A model generated the notes under the pieces. The model did no database searches. It worked only from the letters and a program-made list of their open reading frames with translations, and was not told the DNA's origin. This document shows positions 44,848 through 54,994 of a DNA stretch of 64,000 nt, one piece after another (within the stretch, counting starts at the first letter, position 1; the number at the start of each line of letters is the position of its first letter). Location: positions 124,001-188,000 of the forward strand of contig CBFFRQ010000096.1 in the NCBI GenBank assembly GCA_965644315.1, in the 5' to 3' direction. This DNA is from Caecitellus pseudoparvulus. Lineage: Eukaryota; Protista; Bigyra: Bicosoecida. The position numbers were made by a program, and so were the translations under genes.

Positions 44848-45893
44848 ATGGCGTTTCAAGCGGCCATCAGCCGAGCCGGTGCTCGCTGGCTCAGGCTTGC
44901 GGGGGCTGCTGGGTGCGCTCTGAGCGTGTCTGCGTGCACAGCTCCGTGTCTCGCCCAGGAGTGGAGTGATGCGGACATGCGTTACTCGCTTGCGCAGTAC
45001 TTTGACCACACGGCTCTCAAAGTGCGGCGTGCTGCACGGATGCCCATGATGTGGTGCACCAAGCTTCACACTCCCTTGCCGCAGATGACGACGACAGAGG
45101 CCGACATCCTGAAACTGTGCCAGGAGGCAGCCGAGCACAACTTTAAGACTGTGTGTGTGAACGGGGGCTGGGTGGCCACTGCCCGCGCAGCTCTGGACGC
45201 TGCCGGGGCCACCCACGTCGGTGTCTGTGCCGTGGTTGGCTTTCCGCTGGGCGCAGGTAGCTCGCTGGCGAAGGCCTTTGAGACGCAGGCAGCCATCGCT
45301 GATGGCGCCGTGGAAATCGACATGGTGCTGCCCGTGGGGCACTTCCGCTCGGGTGCAGCAGGGCGCAAGGCTGCGGTGCGTGCTGCGTTGCAAGCGCAAA
45401 GCTTGCCGCTGGGCAACACCGCCCGTGCTGCCCCCCCCCACAGCTGCAAGACGTGCAAGTGGTGTGCGGAGTCACCCGCAACGCTGGTGTGGCCTTGAAG
45501 GTTATTTTGGAGACGGCAGCGCTGAGTGACGCGGAGATCGCCGAAGCCGTCAGCCTGTGCCGCCAGGCCGGTGTCGAGTTTGTGAAGACCAGCACTGGCT
45601 TTGGCCCAGGCGGCGCAACGCCACACGCGGTGTCTCTGCTGTCCAAGCACGCGTCAGCAGAGGCAGGCGACGGGCCTGCTGCTCAAGTCAAGGCGTCTGG
45701 CGGTGTGCGCACGCTCAGTGATGCGCTGGTGATGATCCGGGCTGGCGCGCACCGCATTGGCGCCAGCGCCAGCGTGCCCATCATGACGGAGCTCACCCAA
45801 CTGCAGCGCACGAGCTCCTCCACTGCATTGAAGATGCTGCAGGACGATGGGGTGGCCCTGCAACCAGCGCCCACCCCCTCTTCCCGTGCCTAA
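44848..45893 (+). CDS. deoC: Deoxyribose-phosphate aldolase (short DeoC type) with N-terminal presequence, 3 exons
   Basis: Introns 45022-45084 and 45376-45443. DHTALK, CAVVGFPLG, GAVEIDMV, LKVILET, FVKTSTGF, VKASGGVRT and RIGAS. Confidence 0.95.
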
Positions 45894-45936
45894 TCCATCT
45901 CGCAGGGAGGGGGCGGAGGGGTGCACAGGCGGCGCG

Positions 45937-47304
45937 CTATGGGGCACGCCCAGGCGCGTGCAGGTGGGGCAGCCACTGCGCCGCCATGTACTCTGCCGAC
46001 TGCATCTCGATGAGGCGGGACACGGTGCGGTCGAATGCAAACACCTCGTCGGCGCCGCCCCAGGCGTCCTCATCCCCCACCACGTGCCGGGAGGCGGGGC
46101 CAGTGGGTGTCAGGCCTTCTGCGTGCCCGCCTGGCTGGAAGATGTGCTGTGGCGGCAGCGGCGCGCAGGCGAACAGCTTCACCTTGTGCTCGTACAGGGT
46201 GTCCACGAGGGTGATGAAGCGGCGCACCTCCCCCCGCTCCTGCATGGACAGCTTGGGCACGTCCGCAACGTACACCACCCGGAAGTTCTGGGCGATGACG
46301 ATGAAGTCCGCTGCGCCCAGGGGCTGAGCGCACAGCTCGTGGAAGGTGAACCACGCCACGCCGGCGTCCAGCGCTGCACGGCGCACCGTCACAGCACGCC
46401 CCTGCGTGCTGAGTGTGGTGGCGCGGGGGCTCTCGCCCTTGGAGACGGTGTTGAAGGACGCCTGCAGGGCAGGCGTGCCCCCCGTCGTGATCCACGCCTG
46501 CCCCAGCTGTGTCCCCAGCAGGCGGTAGTCCGTCGGGGAGGACAGGTGCAGGACAGCGCAGTGGGCCTTGATGCTGTCGATAGTGGGCAGGAAGAGGTGC
46601 CGGTTCAGGCCGTCGCGGTACAGGTCGTCGGGGGGGCGGTTGGAGGTGGCCACCATGACGAGGCCTCCCCGGAACATGGCCCCGAACAGCCGCGCCATGA
46701 TCATGGCGTCCCCCACATCCGTCACCTGGAACTCGTCGAAGGCCAGCACATACGCCTCCCGCAGGAGGTCTGAGGCGATGGTGAGCAGGGGGTCCACCTG
46801 GCCGGCGCCGCCTGCGCCGTCCTGGCGCATGCGGTGCAGGCGCGCGTGCACGTCCAGCATGAAGGCGTTGAAGTGTACCCGGCGCTTGCGGCGGATGGGC
46901 AGGCTGTCCACGAACATGTCCATGAGCCAGGTCTTGCCGGAGCCGACGCCCCCCCAGATGTACCGCCCCTGGGGTACTGCTACTGGCGCAGGGGCAGGGG
47001 CCGCCTCGCGCCGGGCGCCCAGGCCCCCGAACGAGAACAGGGACGCGAGGGCAGTAGGGGGTGGCGGTGTCGGGCCAGCCGAGAGCGCTGGCGGGCCTCC
47101 CCTGCGGTCCAGGGAAACGATGGAGTCGTGCAGCACGTCCAGCTGTTTCATGACCGCCAACTGTCCTGGATCATGGTCGGCTTGTTTGGACTGCACGAGG
47201 GCCTTGTACTTCGCCAGGGGCGTCGTAGCAAAGGGCCGCCTGCAGCTGGCCAAGTTCCGCACGAGGCAGCCGAAGTGCCCCGCCACTGCGCCTCGCAAGG
47301 CCAT
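45937..47304 (-). CDS. AFG1: AFG1/LACE1 (ZapE family) mitochondrial AAA ATPase
   Basis: YIWGGVGSGKTWLMDMF, RVHFNAFMLDVH, FDEFQVTDVGDAMI, ATSNRPPDDLY, RRFITLVDTLYE and FAFDRTVSRLIEMQS. Confidence 0.95.
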   Translation of the reverse strand: MALRGAVAGHFGCLVRNLASCRRPFATTPLAKYKALVQSKQADHDPGQLAVMKQLDVLHDSIVSLDRRGGPPALSAGPTPPPPTALASLFSFGGLGARREAAPAPAPVAVPQGRYIWGGVGSGKTWLMDMFVDSLPIRRKRRVHFNAFMLDVHARLHRMRQDGAGGAGQVDPLLTIASDLLREAYVLAFDEFQVTDVGDAMIMARLFGAMFRGGLVMVATSNRPPDDLYRDGLNRHLFLPTIDSIKAHCAVLHLSSPTDYRLLGTQLGQAWITTGGTPALQASFNTVSKGESPRATTLSTQGRAVTVRRAALDAGVAWFTFHELCAQPLGAADFIVIAQNFRVVYVADVPKLSMQERGEVRRFITLVDTLYEHKVKLFACAPLPPQHIFQPGGHAEGLTPTGPASRHVVGDEDAWGGADEVFAFDRTVSRLIEMQSAEYMAAQWLPHLHAPGRAP

Positions 47305-47576
47305 GCTTGTGCGAATGCTGCAGGTTACAGGAAGAGAATGTTTCGTTCGCAGCGAGAATCGATGCGCGGATTTGACGGTGGGCGCTGTGTTGCGCCTGCA
47401 AGGCTCAGCTCGAGTGCTGGAGCCTTGTTTGTCCCAAGTCCCGTCCCACGTACACAATCCAGGCACCTCGCAAACGCTTTGAAGTGCGAGGCCGAGCTTG
47501 AAAGGCCCGCCAAGACTGCACTGCTCGCGCACTAAGCCTGTCTCTGGCCCGCCCTGGTGCACCCGTGCAAGGCAGC

Positions 47577-50500
47577 ATGGCCGCTTTGGCGGGTTCAGCA
47601 CCGGCTCTGCCGCAGGAGATCTCCGCCAGCACTGTGCGTGTGCAGCGCCCGGCTTGCCCGCTCGCAGGGCGCAGACACCCCTCTTCCCCACCCTCCACAC
47701 ACAGTCCGATGCCTGGCTGCCCAAGTTCTGCTCCTGGGCGCCCTTGCTGCCGGCAGACATCCAGGGCGACGGCAACTCTGCGGTAATTGAGAGCTGCAGC
47801 CAGAGCGCACGTGCGCTGCTGCGCATGCCCTATGCGGCCTTCATCTCTGCGATGATGCACAACGGGCAGGTTCGCTTGTGGTTCGATGCCCTGCTGCAGG
47901 GCCTGCCGCGGAAGGTGGACAAGCGTCGGGCACGCCTGATGGGGCCGGCGGCGGCCCTCGCGAATGTGCGTGCTGCCTTCCGCTGCTGACGTCGCGGTCG
48001 CAGGGGCGCCCACGTGTGGCACAGTCGACCCCCTCCCCTCGCACAGGTGGATGAGCTGTGCCATTTGACTTGCTTGCTGTGCCTTCGCCTGCTCGGCGGC
48101 GAGCGTGGGCAGCTGTCGCCGGAGAGTGCAGGCAGCCTCGTCAGTGCGCTGTACGACACCTGGACGCTGCACGTACCGCGGTTGCTGGACATCGCAGGGC
48201 TGCTGGCACCCACCATGCCACGTGTGGCAGGGGCGTGGTTCAGCTCCCTCATCGCCCTGCAGCCGGCGTACCTGAGCGATGTGCGGGACACGTTCCCCAC
48301 CATCACCACCACCGTGCAGGAAGCGTCACGCAAAGCGAGGGCGCTCCTGCAGCAACACGTGCCGGACCAGGGATCAGCTGGTGGCGTTTCCACCGTGAAC
48401 TTGAACCTGCAAGCGCTCGCAGGTGTTGTCCTGGATGCTGCCGGGCGCAAGGTGTGCCTGGACCTCTTGCGTTTCCTCGCTGACATTGCTGTTGCGTTGC
48501 AGGCCCTGCTGGCGGCACACCCAGACTTCAGCTTCGCGCTGCTGCCTGACGGAGCGCCCTTGGACAGCGCAGCAGTGGCACCAGGCACTTTGTTGTATGC
48601 GGTGCTGCATGCGTACAACCATGTCGTGCCTGCGCTGCTGGTGGCGGTCACTGACGTTGCGGTGTTTGTGCCGCCCAGCGCTGGTGTGGATGGCTTCGAC
48701 AGCCGGCACGTTGGCGCAACCATGGCGGCGCGGCGCGGGGGCGGCGGCGACGAGGCAGAAGCGTGGATTGCCTCGCAAACGGCGTCGCACCACTTTTTGA
48801 AGCTGTGGCACTGCGTTCTGTGCCACACCGCTCTGGTGCCGCTGGGCGCCTCTCCGCAGCACTTCACACGCCAGGAGCCCGCCGACTCCCTCCTGCCCCT
48901 CCTCGCCAAGCACTGCAACACTGCTTTCTCGGACTCCTTGCCAGTCGTGAAGGGTGGCGGGGTGCTGGCGGTGCCAGACATGGAGGGCGCCAGCGAGTGG
49001 ACAGCACAGCTGGCAGCTGCCCCCCCCCCGCCGCCCCGCTCACACTTGGTGGGGCGCCTGACAGCATCCCAGGTGCACGGGCGCCGAGCCAGTGCACAGG
49101 CCGTGTCGGAAGGCCTCGCTAGCTTCATTGGCGCGGCACTGGAGGGTGGCTCCCTGCACGCTGTCCTGTCCTCAGGCGGCGGCGTGGCGCGGTCGCGCGG
49201 CGGCGGCGGCGACACGCTGCACATTGTCGGGCGGGAAGCCAGCCTCATGTCCGAGTACACCCAAGCCTACCGTCTGCGGGACACGTTGGCCATTTTCGCC
49301 GCTGCAGCGTCCACCTCCGGCGCCAGCGAAAGCGCCGGCAAGCTGCCGCCCGGCGTCGTGTACACCGCCGCACAAGGCCCAGCGAGCGCCCAGGGGCCCG
49401 GCGACGGCAGCAGCTCCACAGCACCTGCAGCCCGGGTGTCTCTGCGGTGCACCCTGGACCGCGCGCGGCTGCAGTACCTCATGGACGCTCTGGCAGCCGC
49501 TGCCGCGTCCCAGCCTCTGGCGGTATCGGCGTCAGCGCCCCCATCCCCTGCCCTGCACCGGGCACCCTCCCTCACCACGCAGACCTCCCATGTCCCCACT
49601 GCCGTGGAGAGCATCCAGGAGGTGCTGCCACACATTTCTGTCCCGTACGCCACCAAGGCCATCGCCCACGCGGGGGGGGATGCCGACGCCGCTCTGCTGG
49701 CACTGTTGGACGGCAGCATGCCGCCTGAGGAGGACTTGGGCGAGGTTGCCCCGCCCACAGGTGGCACAGGCGCAGGGGGTGCCACACCCTCCATGTACCC
49801 AGCACCGCAGGGTGGTGGTGGCGGTGGTGGTGGTGGACGCCACGTGTCATCTGCTCTGCTGGACGGGGATGAGGACCCTGTGGCGGCGCTGCCGTCTGGG
49901 GCGGCTCGCGGGCTGAAGCAGGTGGGCAAGATCGGCACGCGCGACGTGGTGGGCGGCAAGGGCTTCGACGCCACTGCCTCGGTCATGGCCAGTCTGCCCG
50001 CGCCCACTCACGACGAGGCCTGGACGCAGCGCATGAGCAGCCTCATCGCCCTGCAGGCGTGGGATGAGTACGACGATGAGTACGACGACACGTTCGACGC
50101 TCAGGGGCGGTTCGACGCGGGCGGGGACGGGCAGCAGGTGGAGCTGATGGAGGCTGTGCCTGCAGGCACCCGCAGCGCCGAGATGAAGGCTGCGCGTGAG
50201 CGCCGTGCCGCGGCGGGTTTTGCTGAAGCAAGCCCCGCCGCTGCCGCTGGCTCGCAAGGGGGTGGTGCCGCGGGCGGCCGAGGAGGGGGACACCGGCGGG
50301 GAGCCCGTGGTGGGGGGGGGGCTGGTCGTGCGGGGCGAGGTGGTGCAGCAAAGGGGGAGCCTCCAGCTGGCGGCGGCAGGGGCCGGGGGGCAGCCACGGC
50401 CAAGGGGGGTGGGGGCAAGGGGCGTGGCAAGCCCAGCGGCGGCCGGGGCCGCGGCAAGAGCGGCCTTGCGGCAGCCGGCATGACGTCACAGGAGGCGGCG

Positions 50501-50584
50501 CGGAAGGGCGCCAACAAGGCCACCACTGGAAACCATGGGCGTAAGGACCGCGCCCGCAAGAAGATGGGCTCCGTGCCGGGGTAA
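47577..50584 (+). CDS. ASCC2: Activating signal cointegrator 1 complex subunit 2 (CUE domain), 3 exons
   Basis: Introns 47634-47704 and 47966-48046. LLRMPYAAF..FDALL..PR, LYDTWTLHVPRLLDI, CUE AVESIQEVLPH..LLALLDG, EYDDEYDDTFD, RGG-rich region and KGANKATTGNHGRKDRARKK. Confidence 0.85.
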
Positions 50585-50596
50585 GCCTCAACTGCA

Positions 50597-50604
50597 AATG
50601 CATT
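50597..50604. terminator. Palindromic AATGCATT in the 22-bp convergent ASCC2/Tctex-1 gap
   Basis: Exact copy of the motif. Function is inferred. Confidence 0.35.
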
Positions 50605-50606
50605 CG

Positions 50607-51100
50607 TCAGACACTCAGCGCGTACACCGTGGCGATGCCAAACATGCTGCTGTTCTCGAAGCGCACTGTGACTGAGCCGTCCAGGGTGGGGTCCCAGAAG
50701 CACTGGCTGTTGCTGCTGAAGCCTGCACCCTTCCGTTGCAGGATGGAGCAAGTCGCTGCCGAGGGGGGCGGACCGCACGAGCGTGGACGAGCCAGTGCTG
50801 GTGGTCGCAGGCTGGCGGCACGCACCGACGAACTTGAAGGAGAGGTCCAGCTGGGAAAGGTGGGCCATGATGTTCTGGCAGATCTCTGTCGTCCACTCGT
50901 GCATGCTCTCGCTGCTGAACTCCTTGTCTGACAGCGTGGCAGTCATTTCCTGTGGCGGCAGGCTGGCGATTTCCGCAACACGCCGTGGCTGTGCTGGAGC
51001 CTCAGACACGCACCGCGTCCGCGATCTTGCTGACCCTGTCCTTGACATCCTTAAACGCAATGATGCTTGTGATGCTGCTGCCGCCGCCAGCTTCAGCCAT
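50607..51100 (-). CDS. Tctex-1 family dynein light chain (119 aa), 3 exons
   Basis: Introns 50950-51013 and 50756-50825. WTTEIC..LSQLDLSFKFVATCSILQRKGAGF....CFWDPTLDGSVTVRFEN.SM..IATVYAL. Confidence 0.92.
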
Positions 51101-51468
51101 CGTGCCGCTTGCTTGCAATGAAAAAACTCAGGCAGGGCAGGCGGTTGATTCTGATGCAGGAGGGTGCGCCCTCTCTGACTGGCGAGGTGTTTACTGCAGT
51201 GCAGGGCCGTGCCCGGCTCCACGGGATGGACAGCGTCAGTGGACTGCACGTACTTGGAAGCGACATTTGCGCCCTGGCCTTTCGTGTGGCGAATGGGATT
51301 TGCTGCGTGAGCGCAGGCACGTGCTTCCAACTTCGAGTTCAGATGAACGGGGCGAGTCCATGCGCAGAGGTGAGTGCATTTCGTTCCAATACGTTCATAT
51401 GCTTTTGTAATGGGGAGGTGAACCCCAATGCTCTGTGCTTTGGGCGGCGTCCTGCCGGCAGGACGAGG

Positions 51469-51977
51469 TCAGGAAGACGGCGAGCCCAGCGGCACTCCGT
51501 GTGCTCGGAAGAACTCCTTCGTCACTGACACACGCTTGAACTTGGGGCGTGTAAGTTCACACTGATCCACCCCCTTTCCCCACTCTTGTGCCGTCGTCAC
51601 CATGCTCCCCCTGTCAATGCTTCTGTCGGGGCTGTGCAGTGTTTTGATGTTGTAAGGGTCTTCGCGCTCGTCGCTCAGCCGGTCAAACTGAGTGGTACAC
51701 GCAAAGGTGCGGGTCCCACCAGGAAGCTTGTAGGTGAGTGCTGCAGGTTGCGCCGCCTTCTCAGTTGCAGCAGCAGCTGCGGTGTGCGGAGGGACGCCTC
51801 GGCGTGGTGGCGTGCTTCCGTCTCGTTGAGACGGCGCCGACTTCTGCGGGCTGCCTGCGCAATTGCCGAAAAGGCCGGTGCACTTGCTCGTGCAGCAATC
51901 CGATTGTGTCGCTACATACCCGCGCTTCGCGGCGTGCAGCTTCGCAAACTGCCTGGGCTGGACTGCCTTGCGCTCAT
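51469..51977 (-). CDS. Small protein, possibly CFAP90-like ciliary protein, 2 exons
   Basis: Intron 51855-51919. C-terminal FDRL..KTLH..DR..TTAQEWG..PKFKRVSVTKEFFRAHGV recalls the CFAP90/C5orf49 pattern (tentative). Confidence 0.5.
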
Positions 51978-52517
51978 GGCAGTGACTCCCGTGCAGGACC
52001 GTGGTGTGCTGGGCACGAGGGGCAGCACGAGCGCACCAACAGGTCAAACGCAAGCACAGAGCTCCACATTGTTAACAGATTGCCCCTTTAATGTACCGAG
52101 AGCGAGACTGCGCCAAGCTGCAGAGGAAGCTCGCCGTCGATGCATCATGATGCACAAGGGGCCACCAGCACCAGCTTCCTGGCCCAGCACTGCAAGACTG
52201 AGTGGTCTCAGCCCCACCATGGCCACTGCACTTGTGCAGGACGCTGTGACCGAGGGCAAAACGCGCTGTATGAGCGGCAGAGCATGCCATGGCGTCGTCG
52301 CCTTACGCAAGATGCGGCGACGACGCCGCCTCAGCCACACCCCCCTTTTATCCCATCCTGCGCCACTCCAAGCCGCACATGCTGCGCTGGGAAGGCGCCT
52401 ACATTGCACCGCCCAACTGGACTGTGCGCCTTGCCTCATCGCCTGCAGCCTCCTGCTCTGCCCGGCGCAGCACTTTGAAGGCGGCAGCCTCAGCTCACCC
52501 CCAGCCCAGCCCCGACC

Positions 52518-53940
52518 ATGCGCCTGTTGTCAGCAGCGTTGCTGCTGTGCACTGCAGCTGCTGGAGCAGGTGAGTCCATGCTTTGGCAGCACTGGAGTGT
52601 GCGAGCACTGCACGGCACGCCTCCCGCTTCTGCTCGCAGCTGCTGCCGGGATGTTGAAGGATTGTGTGGAGCAGTATCACCCTCAAGCCGCCTCGGTCTT
52701 GGAGGCCGCCCTCGTCCCGGGCTTGTGCGTACTCCGTGCTTCCCCTGCAGCACACACTGCCCGCATACATATACATGATCCCCATTGCAGGGCTTCGGGG
52801 CCTCGCCTCTCTGGGGCGCTGTTTGGCAGCAGCAAAGATGTGCGCCAGCGTTACGTGCTCGTTTCGGGTGCAGCCGCCCACCGCCTCGAGTTCCTCGCCC
52901 TCCCTCACAGGGCCTCATGCAAGTGGCTCAGGCAGTGGGGTCAAACTTCGGATACGTCACTGTTCTCCCCTTGCAGCACCTGGCGAAGCAGCCCAAGCCT
53001 TCAGCAGGCGTCCTGCAGGCCATCGCTGATGCTCTCGTGAGTTTTCCTGCACCACCCACGAGCGGCCACCCATGCGCGGCACGCAGCTTCGCGCTCCACG
53101 CCTCAGGCTGCCGAGCCCAGCACCCTCTTCGTCGTCAAGGGCGTGGAGACCCTGACTACTGCTGACCAGCTGGGGTGCCTGGACCCCCTCCATGCGATGA
53201 TGGAGCAAGGGCACGTGACCAGCGCCGCCGGTGTCTCCCTGGACGCCACCGCCGCCGGCGTGCTGCTGGCAGTGGAGGCCCCCGACCTCGCTGGGCAGGT
53301 GCCTGGAGCTGCCAAGTCCTGGCTGGAGGCGCGGCTGGTGGCGGCGGCCGGCTCCTCCGCCGTGCTGACACCCTCCTCCTTCGTTGGCCGCCTGCGCACG
53401 AGCGTGGTGCTAGGGTCCCTGTCGCCCCAGAGCCAGGTGGCCCTGGCCAAGGCGGCACTCACGGGCCCCTGCAGCCACAAGGCCATGGTGCAGGCGACAG
53501 CTGCCCACGCAGGTGGGGAGGGGGCGGACGCCTCCGTGACCCACCAGGGCACCGGCGGACTGCTGGCGTGGTTGGCGGATGAGGAGGTGCAGGGCACGGT
53601 GCTGCCCCGGGTGTTGGCGGTGTGCACGGTGCTGTTCGTCATGTCCTTCGCCCTGCTGAACGGCACCATGCCCCCCAACGGCTCCCTGCACGAGCGCCAG
53701 AGCGCCTACCGTGCTCTGGACGAGGTGGGCGCCAAGCTGTCCCCGGCGCAAGGCGGCGTGGACGTGGATGTGGACGGCACCGGCGCCTGCTGGCCTGAGG
53801 GGCAGGCGCCCGCCCGCCCCGGCCTGGACGCTGACACTGCGCCTGGCACGCGCCTGGGCGAGGAGGGTGACGCCTCCCCACGCTCCGGTGGCGCCCGCCG
53901 CCGCCGCCGCTCCATCGGCAGCAAGACGGCCCAGGAGTAA
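52518..53940 (+). CDS. 381-aa type I membrane protein with lumenal torsin/LAP1-like degenerate AAA+ domain, 5 exons
   Basis: Exons 52518-52569, 52640-52724, 52791-52839, 52911-53036, 53107-53940 (introns 66-71 nt, phases consistent). Signal peptide, degenerate Walker A and B, retained FVGRL, one TM and an Arg-rich tail. Confidence 0.7.
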
Positions 53941-53961
53941 ACATGCATTGGGCGATGCAAT

Positions 53962-54656
53962 TCACGTCTCAGTGATGCTTGGCTGGGTGGGCGCCTGGCC
54001 CGGCCGCCCGATGATCTCCACCAGGAAGTCAAAGTACGGCGTGTGCGACAGTGCCAGCTGCACGTCGTACTTCGACAGCGTCTTGCGCTTGGCCAGTTCT
54101 CGGGAGCTGTGCTGCCAGGACCTGTGGGCGGAAGGGGCAGCGGCGCAGTGCCTGCGTGCCGCGGCGGGCCTGTGCCGCAGCGGCAACGCACCGCATGGTG
54201 AGGTCCGCCACAAACATCTCTACCGCCTTGGCCAGCAGCACCGGCGCCTCGGCGCTGATCATGCGCACGTCCTCATCGGCCTTCATGATGCGCTTGATGC
54301 GGGCCAGGGGCAGGTCGTTGTGTGTCTTGTACTCTGCGCAGGCGGCGCGGCGACAGGTGAGCTGCCGTCGGGCGGCCTTCCGCACCAGGCGCTGCCTCAC
54401 GTTGCTCCGTCATGTCTGCGGGCAGGCGCTGCACTTGGTACTTCATGTACCGGAACAGCAGTGGCAGGGCGCTCTGGGCGTCAAAAGGGTCCTCTGTTGC
54501 TGGGCAGCCGCCCACTGGGTCGCTGGTGGTGTAGGCTGGGAAGGACTCTGGCCAGCCGTGTTGCTGTGCGAGCTGGGCATCAGTCATGGACGCGACAGCG
54601 GCGGCAGCTGACACTGGCATGCCTTCTGCCGAAGCAGGTGCGCCTGGGTTTGACAT
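53962..54656 (-). CDS. NFYC: Nuclear transcription factor Y subunit C (HAP5), 3 exons
   Basis: Introns 54334-54400 and 54122-54191. [56 protein letters not shown]. Confidence 0.95.
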
Positions 54657-54994
54657 GTTTACACAAGGGGGGTGGATGCCCGCCAGCTCTTCACGTGAGA
54701 GGTCGGTGTTGGGGTGGGGAAGGAAGTGAACCGTGCGGGTAATTGGGCAGGGTGAAACGTCTGAGAAACGCGGAGAGGGCGCAGCAGTCCAGCCTGCACC
54801 CTGCTCCAAGGCAGTCGCGACAGCGCCCGACCTTAGTAGAAGTCAGCGCTCTGCATAAAATCCCCCCCACCCACTCTCCTCCTTCCCTGTCAACCTGACG
54901 CGCAGACAGGCACACCTTGCTGTGCGGGCCCTGGCAAAGCGCATGCTGCCCAGCAACCACTTCGTGGCACCCTTCTCGACACGGCGCGGGCACG

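Noticed and set aside
51586-53040. 484-aa Cys-rich plus-strand ORF
   Set aside because: Composite of antisense sequence, intergenic DNA and two exons of the torsin-like gene read through introns.
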